DNA of 64,000 bases, taken from contig JAEWRW010000020.1 of the NCBI GenBank assembly GCA_023398815.1, positions 130,474 to 194,473 of the forward strand, written 5' to 3'. Made by a program: the position numbers and the translations under genes. Of this stretch, positions 44,659-54,276 are shown in pieces; the stretch's first letter is position 1, and every line of letters starts with the position of its first letter. Source of the stretch: Bacillota bacterium (GTDB lineage Bacteria > Bacillota > Clostridia > Christensenellales > UMGS416). Below the pieces are notes generated by a model. The model did not search any database, had not been told where the DNA came from, and saw only the letters and a program-made list of their open reading frames with translations.

Positions 44659-47103
44659 ATGCTGCACCTTCTGCCCCTGATCCGCCGAACGTTTCTCGGC
44701 CGCCAGTTGGACTTTCGCGTCCGGCTCTTCAATTTGTTGGCCATCGCGGGCACGCTCATCAGCCTTCTCATTTTCGTGCTGGGGCTCTTCAATGATGCCA
44801 GCATCGGGAATCTTGCAAGTGTGATGGCCTCTTCGCTGCTCTCCTTTGGCCTGTTGCTGTACTCCTATCGCAGCGGGCGGTATCATATCTGCTATATCAT
44901 CACCATTGTGGCCGTTTTTTTGGTGTTCTTTCCTGCGTTTTTTTTCACCGCCGGTGGGTATCAGGGCGGTATGCCGTCTTTCTTTGTGTTCGCGGTGCTG
45001 TTCACCATTTTCATGATGGATGGAAAACAGGCCTTTCTGTTCGCCGGGCTGGAGTTGGCGGTCTATCTGGCCTGCTGCCTCGTGGCTTACTGGAACCCAG
45101 GTCTCGTCGTCGCCTTTGACACCGAACAGGACAGGCTCGTGGATGTAATCATCGGCTTCTTCAGCGCCAGTGTTGTACTGGGAGTCACACTGTTCCTGCA
45201 CTTCCGGCTCTACAACGAGCAGCAGCGCCAGCTGGAGGCTGCGCGCAGGGAGGCCGAACGGCTGAGCCAGGTCAAGAGCACGTTCCTTGCCAACATGAGC
45301 CACGAGATTCGCACCCCCATCAACGTCATGCTGGGCATGAACGAAATGGTACTGCGGGAGAGTCTGTCCCCGGCCATTGTGGGCTACGCGCGAAAGATCC
45401 AGACCGCCGGAAAGACCCTTCGCACGCTCATCCAGAACGTGCTGGACGTCTCGCGCATTGAGGCGGGCAAGGTGGAGGTGCGGGCGGAACCCTATCGGCT
45501 GGCCGAGCTCACTGACGACCTCGCGCTCCTGGGTGGCGAGCAGGCGGCGCGCAGGGGGCTGGCTTTCCGCACCAGGGCGGACCCCGCCCTGCCCGCCGTC
45601 CTGCGGGGGGATAGTGCCTGCATTCGTCAGGTGGTCGTCAATTTCATCAGCAACGCCGTGAAATACACAGACACCGGCAGCATTACCCTCACCTTCGGGC
45701 AGAAGCCTGGCCGCGCACCGGGGGAGATCGTGCTGTGCATCGCCGTGGCCGACACCGGCATCGGCATCCGACGGGAGGATCAGGTCGGGCTCTTCGATGC
45801 CTTCACCCGGGTGGCTTTGCCGGCCCACCGCAACATCGAGGGCACGGGGCTGGGCCTGGCCATCGCACGAGATCTGACCCGGCTCATGGACGGGCACATC
45901 CAGCTTCACAGCGTGTGGGGGGAGGGCAGCTGTTTCACCGTGGAGATCCCTCAGGGCACCGAGGAGCCCCAGGCGCTGGGCGAGCGCGCGCCGGACGAGG
46001 CGGCGGAAGCGGGGGAGAGCTTCACCGCGCCGGATGCCCGCATCCTGGTGGTGGACGACAGCCGGGAGAACCTGGAGGTGGCGCAGGCCCTGCTGCGCCG
46101 CACGCAGCTGCAGGTCGACACCGCCACCGGCGGGTGGGAATGCCTGGAGAAGATGAAGACCGCCGCCTACCACGCCATCCTGCTGGATCACATGATGCCG
46201 GATCTCGACGGCATTGAGACCTTCCGACGCATCCGGCAGGAGCATCCCGGTTCGGCTGTCCCTGTCATTGCCCTCACGGCCAACGCCGTGGCCGGCGTGA
46301 AGGAGACCTTCCTTCGGGAGGGCTTTGCCGCCTATCTGACCAAGCCCATTGAGTGGCAGGAGATGGAGCGGGCGATGCTCGGTAGCCTGCCACCCGAATT
46401 GATCCACCGAACCCGGCTGCCTGCGCGTGTTCTGCCGACGCAGGAGGCGCAGCAAGAACTGAAGGACTTGCTGGCGTGCTATGACATCCAGCTGGAGGAG
46501 GGCCTGCGCTACCTCAACGGCGACCTGCTGGGGTACGTCGCCATCGCTCGCGTCTTTGGCGAGGAGGGCGCCGGCGGGGAGGAGAGCGCCCCGCGCCTGC
46601 TGGAGGCTTGCGACTGGGCAGGGCTGGCGCATTTGGCCCATGCCCTCAAGAGCCGGGCCAAGGCCGTGGGGGCCGATGCCCTGCAGCAGCTGGCGCTGTG
46701 GGTGGAGCGGTATTCCGGCGCTGGCGACGCAGAATATCTTCGGCACGCCGTACCCCTGCTGGTGCTGGAATGGCGGCGCACCCGGGAAGGGGTGCAGGCC
46801 TTCCTTCGCCGGGCGGGCGAACTGCTGGGCCGGGAGGAATGCAACGAGCCGATGCCAGCCGCCAGCGAGGGGGAGGTTCTTCGGCTCATTCGTGCGTACC
46901 GCGGCGGCGACGCCGAGCGGGAATTGGAGCGACTCCTGGTCTCCGGCACGGTGGAGCCGCAAGCCCATGGACGGTGGACTGCCGCCTTGGCTGCCGTACG
47001 GGAATTCGATTACGAAAGGGCGGAGCAGGCGCTGCTTGGCCCCGTGGCCGGGGAGGCACCCCGTGGCCCGGTGGCCGGTGCCGAGCGCAGTTTCCCCGGC
47101 TGA
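44659..47103 (+). CDS. Hybrid sensor histidine kinase (multi-TM sensor, HisKA, HATPase, REC, Hpt)
   Basis: About six TM helices. H-box SHEIRTPIN. HATPase blocks DTGIGI and [12 protein letters not shown] motifs [10 protein letters not shown] and [11 protein letters not shown]. Hpt motif [17 protein letters not shown]. Confidence 0.9.
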   Translation: MLHLLPLIRRTFLGRQLDFRVRLFNLLAIAGTLISLLIFVLGLFNDASIGNLASVMASSLLSFGLLLYSYRSGRYHICYIITIVAVFLVFFPAFFFTAGGYQGGMPSFFVFAVLFTIFMMDGKQAFLFAGLELAVYLACCLVAYWNPGLVVAFDTEQDRLVDVIIGFFSASVVLGVTLFLHFRLYNEQQRQLEAARREAERLSQVKSTFLANMSHEIRTPINVMLGMNEMVLRESLSPAIVGYARKIQTAGKTLRTLIQNVLDVSRIEAGKVEVRAEPYRLAELTDDLALLGGEQAARRGLAFRTRADPALPAVLRGDSACIRQVVVNFISNAVKYTDTGSITLTFGQKPGRAPGEIVLCIAVADTGIGIRREDQVGLFDAFTRVALPAHRNIEGTGLGLAIARDLTRLMDGHIQLHSVWGEGSCFTVEIPQGTEEPQALGERAPDEAAEAGESFTAPDARILVVDDSRENLEVAQALLRRTQLQVDTATGGWECLEKMKTAAYHAILLDHMMPDLDGIETFRRIRQEHPGSAVPVIALTANAVAGVKETFLREGFAAYLTKPIEWQEMERAMLGSLPPELIHRTRLPARVLPTQEAQQELKDLLACYDIQLEEGLRYLNGDLLGYVAIARVFGEEGAGGEESAPRLLEACDWAGLAHLAHALKSRAKAVGADALQQLALWVERYSGAGDAEYLRHAVPLLVLEWRRTREGVQAFLRRAGELLGREECNEPMPAASEGEVLRLIRAYRGGDAERELERLLVSGTVEPQAHGRWTAALAAVREFDYERAEQALLGPVAGEAPRGPVAGAERSFPG

Positions 47104-47400
47104 GGGCAGGGCACGATGGAGACCAGACCCAGTGTGTGCCGGTGGCCCCGGTGCCGTCCGCCATTCCGTGGCCTGTGAGAAGATTCTCCCAGCGGGAAGC
47201 AGCGCATCCATTCGCCATTTCCATCAAATACTGCTCATTGTACCAGGTCGGGCCTGCATGGCGGATGCCATTTTCCGCGCCATGGGGTTGCAGGCACGCG
47301 CCCTAGTGGGATGCCGCAGAAATTGTGTGGCGCTTTGCCCGTGAAACTGTTACACTACTGTGATGGCTTTTGCCTACTACATCATTTGTTAGGAGAACCC

Positions 47401-48630
47401 TTGGATTTTTTTAGTACGAACTTGACGCCTTCCATCCTGAAGGCATTGCAGGGAGAGAACTACCATACCCCGACCCCCATTCAGCGGGAGGCCATACCGC
47501 CCATCCTTCTGGGGAGGGATTTTTTGGGTTGCGCCCAAACGGGCACCGGGAAAACGGCGGCGTTTGCCGTACCCACGCTGCAGCGTCTGGCGTCGGCCAC
47601 CCCGGAGCACCCGCGGCGCATCCGCTCGCTGGTGCTGACCCCCACACGGGAGCTGGCCCTTCAAGTCGACGAGAGCTTCCGCACCTACGGCCGGTACACC
47701 GGCTTGCAGGTCTGCGTCATCTTCGGCGGCGTTTCCCAAGTTCCACAGGAGGCGGCCCTCAAGGCGGGGGTGGACATCCTTGTCGCCACCCCCGGCCGGC
47801 TGGTGGACCTCATGGGCCAGGGGTTGGTGAACCTCAACCATGTGGAGATTCTCATTCTGGACGAAGCCGACCGCATGCTGGACATGGGCTTCCTCCACGA
47901 TGTGAAGAAGATCATCGCCTGCACGCCTGTCGCGCGCCAGACGCTGCTCTTCTCAGCCACTATGCCGCCGGAAATCGTGAAGTTGTCGCACACGCTGCTC
48001 AAGGACCCGGTGCATGTGACCATCGCGCCGGAGTCGCCCACCATTGAGGCCATCGAGCAGTCGGTGTACTTTGTGGACAAGCAGAACAAACGCGCGTTGT
48101 TGCTGCATCTGCTTGAGGATCCGTCCATCGAGTCGGCGTTGGTCTTCACCCGCACCAAGCACGGTGCCGACCGCGTGGTTCGGGAGCTTAAAAAGCACGG
48201 GGTTGCCTGTCAGGCCATCCACGGGGACAAATCCCAGGGTGCTCGTCAGCAGGCCCTGACAGAATTTAAGAACCGGAAGATCCGCGTACTGGTGGCCACG
48301 GACATTGCCGCCCGTGGGTTGGACATCGACGACCTCTCGCACGTCATCAACTATGAGATCCCCAACATCCCCGAGACCTACGTCCACCGCATCGGCCGCA
48401 CCGGCCGGGCTGGCAGGGTCGGCATATCGCTGTCGTTGTGTGACTTTGAGGAGAAGAAGCTCCTCAAGGACATTGAGAAATTCTGCGGCCGCACCATCCC
48501 GGTCGTGGAGGAGCACCCCTTCCCCATGGAGATTTTTGAGGTGTTGCCCAAACAGCCGGCTCCGCCCCGGCCCCAGGGCCAGCCAGCCCACCGCCCCAAC
48601 CCGGGTCGCCACACCCGCCGCCGGGGTTGA
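47401..48630 (+). CDS. DEAD-box ATP-dependent RNA helicase
   Basis: A TTG start at 47401 follows TAGGAGA. Motifs present are PTPIQ (Q motif), AQTGTGKT, DEAD, SAT and HRIGRTGRAG, with a basic C-terminal tail. Confidence 0.9.
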   Translation: MDFFSTNLTPSILKALQGENYHTPTPIQREAIPPILLGRDFLGCAQTGTGKTAAFAVPTLQRLASATPEHPRRIRSLVLTPTRELALQVDESFRTYGRYTGLQVCVIFGGVSQVPQEAALKAGVDILVATPGRLVDLMGQGLVNLNHVEILILDEADRMLDMGFLHDVKKIIACTPVARQTLLFSATMPPEIVKLSHTLLKDPVHVTIAPESPTIEAIEQSVYFVDKQNKRALLLHLLEDPSIESALVFTRTKHGADRVVRELKKHGVACQAIHGDKSQGARQQALTEFKNRKIRVLVATDIAARGLDIDDLSHVINYEIPNIPETYVHRIGRTGRAGRVGISLSLCDFEEKKLLKDIEKFCGRTIPVVEEHPFPMEIFEVLPKQPAPPRPQGQPAHRPNPGRHTRRRG

Positions 48631-48718
48631 GACCGCGGTGCCATCCGCACCGCGGCTATAGTCCCCTGTGGTTCGCATGGCTGCCACAGCGAGCGGACGG
48701 TTTTGGTTCCAGAAGTAC

Positions 48719-48753
48719 AAAGCGAGTGATCCGCACGATTCACTCGCTTTTTC
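48719..48753. terminator. Rho-independent terminator between convergent genes
   Basis: AAAGCGAGTGA, a 10-nt loop, then TCACTCGCTTT followed by TT. Confidence 0.65.
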
Positions 48754-48825
48754 TTATCGTTTCCGTTTGGTTCTGCCCGGGGGGCACTGATCTGGTAAAT
48801 TGCTGCTTTGCCCGCAAGGGGCGGC

Positions 48826-49410
48826 CTATCGATATTTGCTTATCGTCTCATCGCTCCAGATGTGGGCCTCAATGTATCGCTCCGGGCCATGGCGGCCATC
48901 GCCATTCCAATCCTGCGGCAGCCCGTATTTGGCGATCAGGGTCAGGATTTCGTCATAGGTATAGACCCTCTTGCGGTATTCCTTGTTGTCGTTGATTCGG
49001 TTGCTGAATGTTGGCATGGAATCCCCATAGGTAAAGGAAACGGTGCGCAGGTCAAATTCCTCAATGGGAATGCGTACAAAGGCGCCGTTCTCAAACCAGG
49101 TGCTCAACCAGGGGCTGTGTTCCACCACCATGTAATGCGGGGATTCCCTCTGGATCACGCCGCACTTTTCCGCAAACGCCGCCCTCAGCATGCGCTCACA
49201 ATTGCGCCGATGTTCCACATATTCCGGGTCACGCGCGGCGCTCTGGCTGTTTGGCTTGCTCTCCTTGATGGAGCGGAGAACGGCCTTCGCCTCCTCCAGG
49301 GGAATGTCTGACAGATTGACAAACGGGCCGATCGATCCATCAAAGTAATGATACAGAGTAATGCCGATCACCTCGCTTATAGGTTGCAAACGGTTCAGAT
49401 GCACCCGCAC
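48826..49410 (-). CDS. Hypothetical protein of 194 aa, family not recognised
   Basis: A clean ORF with a globular-looking composition (…SPHYMVVEHSPWLSTWFENGAFVRIPIEEFDL…). It is visibly AT-richer than its neighbours. It uses a GTG start and is the last gene after GH30 and the amidohydrolase. Confidence 0.6.
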   Translation of the reverse strand: MRVHLNRLQPISEVIGITLYHYFDGSIGPFVNLSDIPLEEAKAVLRSIKESKPNSQSAARDPEYVEHRRNCERMLRAAFAEKCGVIQRESPHYMVVEHSPWLSTWFENGAFVRIPIEEFDLRTVSFTYGDSMPTFSNRINDNKEYRKRVYTYDEILTLIAKYGLPQDWNGDGRHGPERYIEAHIWSDETISKYR

Positions 49411-49455
49411 ACTGGGATCCCTACGGCGGCGGGGGCGGCGCGCAGGGGCTCCTGC

Positions 49456-50373
49456 TTACTTTGGGGCGGGAGCTTCCTCCAGCCCCAACAGGCGGCAGGC
49501 GTTGCCGCCCAGCACCAGCTCCCGGGTGCGGCTGGTGCAGGCCCGGCGCACGGCGGCCAGGCTGGTGCGGTGGAAGCCCCAGGGCCAGTCGCTGGCGAAG
49601 AGCACCCGCTCAGGGCCGAAGAACTCAACCAGCGTGCGGATGCCGGCGGGCGACACAAAGGACGTGTCCACATAGGCGTTGGGCAGTGGGGCAAGCAGCG
49701 TGAGCACATCGGCAAACTGGCGCAGGCCGCCATGGGCCGCCACGAAGCAAAGCTGGGGGAAGGCCTGCGCTATGCGGGCGATGCCCTCCACCCGGCCATA
49801 CCCCGCGGCCTGCAGGTGCTGCTCGGCGGGCGGGTAGTAGTTGGAGGTGCCGGTGTGCACCATCACCACCGTGCCCGCGGGCAGTGCCGCCAGCGCCTCG
49901 ACCACGACCGCGCTCTCTGGGTCCACCCGTTGGAGGATGGGGTGGAGCTTCAGCCCACGAGCTCCGGCGGCCATCTGCTGCCGGGCCTGCCCGGCAGGGT
50001 CGGGGGCGGTGAAGTCGATGGAGCCAAAGGGCAGCACCCGGGGGTTGGCCCCGGCGGCGGGCAGCAGGTCGGCGAAGGTGACGTTGGGGGCCAGCGGCAT
50101 GGCGGCGGCGTAGTCGATGCCGTGGCGATGGAGCGCCGCCGAGAGGTTCCCAAGGGTGCCGGTGAAGTTGCGCTCGCGCTCGGCACGGGTCATCGCCCAC
50201 TGCACCTGCGGTTTGGCGTACAAGACCCGGTCCAGGCCATGAAAGCCGTAGAGCGTGAGCCGCCGCAGGGCGTCCGGGTCGAAGGGATGGGCCATCGGCA
50301 GGGCAGTCAGGATGCGCTGCCCGCCGTTGGGGTAGAGGATGTCACCGAGGTGGCAATGAATATCGACAATCAT
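49456..50373 (-). CDS. Amidohydrolase_2-type (PF04909-like) TIM-barrel metal-dependent hydrolase
   Basis: The N-terminus is MIVDIHCHLG. The blocks KLHPILQ and FASDWPW are also present. Confidence 0.8.
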   Translation of the reverse strand: MIVDIHCHLGDILYPNGGQRILTALPMAHPFDPDALRRLTLYGFHGLDRVLYAKPQVQWAMTRAERERNFTGTLGNLSAALHRHGIDYAAAMPLAPNVTFADLLPAAGANPRVLPFGSIDFTAPDPAGQARQQMAAGARGLKLHPILQRVDPESAVVVEALAALPAGTVVMVHTGTSNYYPPAEQHLQAAGYGRVEGIARIAQAFPQLCFVAAHGGLRQFADVLTLLAPLPNAYVDTSFVSPAGIRTLVEFFGPERVLFASDWPWGFHRTSLAAVRRACTSRTRELVLGGNACRLLGLEEAPAPK

Positions 50374-50442
50374 GGTGTCTCCTACGGGGGTGTATTTGCT
50401 GTGCCGACCGACAGCGGGAGTGGTTGTCTTCCGTTTGGCGGC

Positions 50443-51795
50443 TCAGCGGGTGACCATACCCGCCGGCAGCACCACGGTGTGCAGGCTGTGTGGCTCCATC
50501 TCCACGGTGAAGCGCACGCCCCCATGGGCAAACGCTGCTGGCCGCGCCACCGACTGGAAGTTGCCGAGCACCAGCGCGACGCTGCCGTCGGGGTTCTGGA
50601 AGGCCAGCGCCGTTCCGGCGCAGTGGCCCCCCACGCCAAGGTACACCGCGCCCGGCTGCACGAAGGCTGAGAAGTGTTTCATGAGGTAGAATTCCGGTTG
50701 GCGCACCAGCGCGCCGGTGGCGGGGTTCACCGTGGCCAGCGAGTTTTGCCGCCACCCCCAGGAGGATTCGCCGCCCTCGGCCAGCGCGATGTTCCAGTAG
50801 GCATAGCGCTCGGCACGGTGGCGGAAGTACTGCCACATCTGGCAGAAGATGTATTCCATGTGCTCCCAGCTGTTGCGCCCGTCGCCGCATTCGCTCTCGG
50901 TCTGCATCACCCGCAGCTCGGGGTAGGATACGTCCACCTGTTCCAGCAGGTTTTTGCCGCCCCACTGCACGCCCAGTCCGGTCAGGGTTGCCCTTGCCCG
51001 GTCGTCGCTGAGGATGCGGTTGACATAGGGTTCGTAAAACTCCCGGAAGGGGGCGGAGTCACCCAGAATCTGGGTGTTGGCGAAGGGGCCGTTGAGGGTG
51101 CCCAGCCAGAGCTCGGTGTCCAGCCCGCTGGCGCCCAGTGCCGGGCCAAGATAATCCCGCAGGAACACCAGCAGGTCGTCGGCCTCCCAGTAGCAGGAGG
51201 GGAATTTCTGATCGGCGATGGGCTCGTTCTGCGGGTGAATCTGCGCCACGCGGATGCCCTCGGCGGCGTATTCCCGCGCGAAGCGCACCAGATACCGGGC
51301 GTAGGCGTCCAGCACCTGCGGCTCCATGCGCATGCGACCGTAGTTGTAGACCGGCTTGGTCTTCATCCAGGTGGGCGGGCTCCAGGGGGAGGCAAACACC
51401 CAGAAGTCCCGCTGGCGCGCCATGGCCTCACGCAGGAAGGGGATGGTGAACTGCCGATCCCGCGCGATGGAGAAGTCCCGCAGCTCGTAGTCTTCCGGCG
51501 TTTCATCGCAGCTGTACCATTGGATGCTGAAGTCATTGGCACCCACCGGCACTCGGCCAAAGTTGAAATTGCACTCCTCGGGGGAGAAGAGCTCATCCAG
51601 AAACCGCTGCCGTTCGCCGGGGTTCGCCGCCTGCAGCGCCGCCCAACCCAGTTCATTGAAGCAGCCGCCAAAGCCCAGGATGGTCTGCCGGCGTTCGCCA
51701 GTGAGGTGCAGGCCGGAGCCGCCGTCGCCGCCGGATAGCCCGGCTTCCTGCCAGCAGGCGCCCTCGGTGCTGCGGATGTGTCGGATGTTCTGCAT
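50443..51795 (-). CDS. Glycoside hydrolase family 30 (glucosylceramidase / beta-glycosidase type)
   Basis: The ATG at 51795 follows AAGGAGGA. Motifs include ILGFGGCFNELGW, ASPWSPPTWMKT and QNEP. No signal peptide. Confidence 0.85.
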   Translation of the reverse strand: MQNIRHIRSTEGACWQEAGLSGGDGGSGLHLTGERRQTILGFGGCFNELGWAALQAANPGERQRFLDELFSPEECNFNFGRVPVGANDFSIQWYSCDETPEDYELRDFSIARDRQFTIPFLREAMARQRDFWVFASPWSPPTWMKTKPVYNYGRMRMEPQVLDAYARYLVRFAREYAAEGIRVAQIHPQNEPIADQKFPSCYWEADDLLVFLRDYLGPALGASGLDTELWLGTLNGPFANTQILGDSAPFREFYEPYVNRILSDDRARATLTGLGVQWGGKNLLEQVDVSYPELRVMQTESECGDGRNSWEHMEYIFCQMWQYFRHRAERYAYWNIALAEGGESSWGWRQNSLATVNPATGALVRQPEFYLMKHFSAFVQPGAVYLGVGGHCAGTALAFQNPDGSVALVLGNFQSVARPAAFAHGGVRFTVEMEPHSLHTVVLPAGMVTR

Positions 51796-52339
51796 CACAG
51801 TGATCCTCCTTGCCATCGCGCGCGGGGCCACCGCCCGCTCAATGGTATCATTATACAACCGGCGGCCGTCGTGGAGAAGAGACGGAGACAATGCGGGCCT
51901 CGCGCACAAAGCAGGCAACGCGTTGGCGATCCCCTATGTTGTAAACGGAGAGGGGAAAAGCATCCCCCAATAGCTGGCAAACCATCTCCTTATTTTCGTC
52001 TCCAATAGTGTCTCCTCAGCGGGTGTATACATCGCGAGCAGGTTCAGCCGGCAAAATTGCAGGAGGGCTCGAGGGAACCTTCTCCTTAATTCTGTGCCTG
52101 TCTTTCTAGCGGCACAATAGTGCTCATACTCGGCCGCTTCGGAAACCTCGTTGCAGCTCAGCTTGATGGAATTACTGATATGGCGGCAGCCTCTCCCCGG
52201 TGGGGTAGCGGCATCGGCTTTGTGCCTTGACACCATGGCAGGGGGTAACGGGCACCAGAGGGGTTTTTGCCGTGCCCAATGTATAAGCCGCTTTTTTCTA
52301 GCGACAATAATGTCAATTAACCTGCCAAAGGAGTCGCTC

Positions 52340-52438
52340 ATGAAGAAGCAACCCACGGAAAAGCTGTTGCCGGCCACGCCGGGCAATGCCAAGCACAAGT
52401 CTCGCCAGGTGAAAAAGAAGGATGGGAAGGACAAGTAA
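52340..52438 (+). CDS. Candidate small ORF encoding a 32-aa highly basic peptide
   Basis: AAGGAG lies 7 nt upstream of the ATG. The peptide is MKKQPTEKLLPATPGNAKHKSRQVKKKDGKDK. A perfect hairpin follows 1 nt after the stop. No homolog is known to me. Confidence 0.35.
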   Translation: MKKQPTEKLLPATPGNAKHKSRQVKKKDGKDK

Positions 52439-52439
52439 A

Positions 52440-52475
52440 CACCCCGCGCCCCACAATACCGTGGGGCGCGGGGTG
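52440..52475. terminator. Hairpin terminator with a perfect 15-bp stem, shared by convergent units
   Basis: CACCCCGCGCCCCAC, loop AATACC, GTGGGGCGCGGGGTG. The T-tracts are weak on both sides. Confidence 0.6.
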
Positions 52476-52530
52476 CTCTGCGCTTGTTCATGCTCAATTC
52501 TAGAGCCTTGTTGGCTTGTGGGTCACACAC

Positions 52531-53802
52531 TTATTCGTCCAACAAAACTTCATTCCCTAGGAGATATCTCATGCGGATGTTTCTGTCATCCCCGAGATAG
52601 CAAAATCGCTCCAGCCGCTCCATTGGGGAAAGCCCATCGGAATAAAAGCTGCTGTCATCAATAATCAAAGCGTTAAACTGATACCCTGGAGCAAGGCTTC
52701 CGGTTTGGCCAAAATACCTGCCGCCGGAGAGGGTTGCCATGTAGAACGCCTCAGAAAAGGTGACCGCATCCCATTCGGGGCAATACATATTACGGATTTT
52801 GGAATGTTGAATGGTCGTGGCAACGCCCCTTGCAATGGACAGGCTTTCGCAGGAGCCGATGTCACTGCCTATTGCCAGGTTGATGCCCATCTCCAGTAGC
52901 TTTTTCACCGGCATAATTCCACCTGCGTTGATGTTTGCAGTGGCATCCGGGCAATGAACCGCCATACAGTTCGCATTTTTCATCAGCTTGATCACGTCAT
53001 CGTCCAAGAAAATGCAATGTGCCATAATAGACGGTGTTTGGCCCAGCAGATTGTTTTTGTAGAATATTTCTGCTCCGTTTTTGTACTGTGGGAAAAGCTC
53101 GCGGCACACCTTCATTTCATTGATCGCTTCACACATGTGCGAATGCACCGGTGCGCCATATTTGACTGCGAGTTGGCCCAAGCCTGCCAGTAGTGTTTCG
53201 CTGCAATTGATTGTGAACCTGGGAACAATAGAGGCACGAACGTTGCCTCTGTGCTGGTGTGTGCTCATAAATCGATCCGTCTCTTCGATGGAGCGTTCAG
53301 TACTCTCTATATAGTAATCGGGGCAGTTTTGGTCCATGTTCAGTTTTCCCGTAAACGCGATAATTCCCTTGTCGGCCAAAACATCGAATAAAATCGTAGA
53401 GGCCTCGTAGTGCAATGTTGAAAAACAGTTCACATGCAGTGTGCCTTGCTTGATCAATTCGTTTGCAAAAAGGGAGTAGACCTTTCTTGCATGGTCTGCA
53501 TCATGAAACTTTGCTTCATTGGGGAACGTATAGGTGTGCAACCATGTTAATAATTCCTGATCTAATCCCACACCTCTCTGGGAGAATTGAGGGGGGTGGG
53601 TGTGCATATCACAAAAGCCTGGAATGATCAGGTTGTCACCCCAATCGATGATCTTGTCAGAGGGGAAGTCTTCCGGCAGAGCAGGAATAATATCAACGAC
53701 CAATCCATTTTCAACTAGGATGTAGGACTTTTCTCTGCTCATCAGCGTATCTTTGTCAGCACTGTACAGAATATTCCCGAAATATGCAGTTTGATGAACC
53801 AT
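52531..53802 (-). CDS. Guanine deaminase-like amidohydrolase (COG0402 type)
   Basis: By eye it is colinear with E. coli GuaD blocks: PGFCDMHTHPPQ, LLTWLHTYTFPNE, GKLNMDQNCPDYY, VPRF, HSHMCE and GSDIGS. The gene and its upstream spacer are visibly AT-richer than the rest of the window. Confidence 0.75.
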   Translation of the reverse strand: MVHQTAYFGNILYSADKDTLMSREKSYILVENGLVVDIIPALPEDFPSDKIIDWGDNLIIPGFCDMHTHPPQFSQRGVGLDQELLTWLHTYTFPNEAKFHDADHARKVYSLFANELIKQGTLHVNCFSTLHYEASTILFDVLADKGIIAFTGKLNMDQNCPDYYIESTERSIEETDRFMSTHQHRGNVRASIVPRFTINCSETLLAGLGQLAVKYGAPVHSHMCEAINEMKVCRELFPQYKNGAEIFYKNNLLGQTPSIMAHCIFLDDDVIKLMKNANCMAVHCPDATANINAGGIMPVKKLLEMGINLAIGSDIGSCESLSIARGVATTIQHSKIRNMYCPEWDAVTFSEAFYMATLSGGRYFGQTGSLAPGYQFNALIIDDSSFYSDGLSPMERLERFCYLGDDRNIRMRYLLGNEVLLDE

Positions 53803-54276
53803 CTAACTCCTCTTTGCTAGCCGCAATTGACCCAGGCAGCGAATTTCAGCCAAGAGAGCTGTAACCTACGTTTGGCAGGCTGAAGTGATGAATGGGCCGG
53901 AGTAGATTGTACTCCGTCAGCCATGCTTCGACAAGTTCTCAGACATTGGAGTGGTTTCGAAACCAGTGCAGTGCGACCAGTAGGGAAAGAGCGATCACCT
54001 CCCGTAGAACCCCATTTCATAGAGACAGGGAGTGAGCTTTACCTATAACAAGGGCAGGCACAGCGCCGCTGGTTAGGGAGGGTGCCCTCTATGTTGCATT
54101 GCGTGTAGCAGATTGGGTAAGTTGGGCTGTTTCATGTATTGTTATTGTTTTGAGTCACTTTTCGCCGGGCATTTATCATATGGCTGTACTTTTTTCTTTA
54201 CTGAGACACAGTGGTAAACCCATAGCTGCCCGCCATTGAAATGGAATAGGTCATTCGGCATGTGGAGGAAAAACCC

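Noticed and set aside
44512-47211. 899-aa minus-strand ORF, the longest non-genic ORF in the track
   Set aside because: It is antisense to the hybrid kinase gene, which has all HisKA, HATPase, REC and Hpt motifs. The translation has no motifs and is rich in Gly/Ala/Arg/Pro/Gln.
47237-47245. Extended -10-like TGGTACAAT on the minus strand, downstream of the hybrid kinase gene (a possible antisense promoter)
   Set aside because: It is an isolated 9-mer with no -35 element, no downstream ORF and no structure. A chance occurrence cannot be excluded without transcript data.
49348-50670. 440-aa plus-strand ORF
   Set aside because: It is antisense to the Amidohydro_2 gene and the end of the GH30 gene. 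It is a shadow ORF.
51934-52530. 198-aa minus-strand ORF between the GH30 and guanine-deaminase-like genes
   Set aside because: It has no RBS and no motifs. The composition is Cys/Arg/Phe-rich. It also reads through the 15-bp terminator hairpin. I treat the region as non-coding apart from the candidate micro-ORF.
53803-54100. A purine or ZTP riboswitch upstream of the guanine-deaminase-like gene
   Set aside because: The conserved purine-riboswitch junction sequences are absent. Only a 7-nt GCCUGGG match to the ZTP 3' element is present, which is insufficient.
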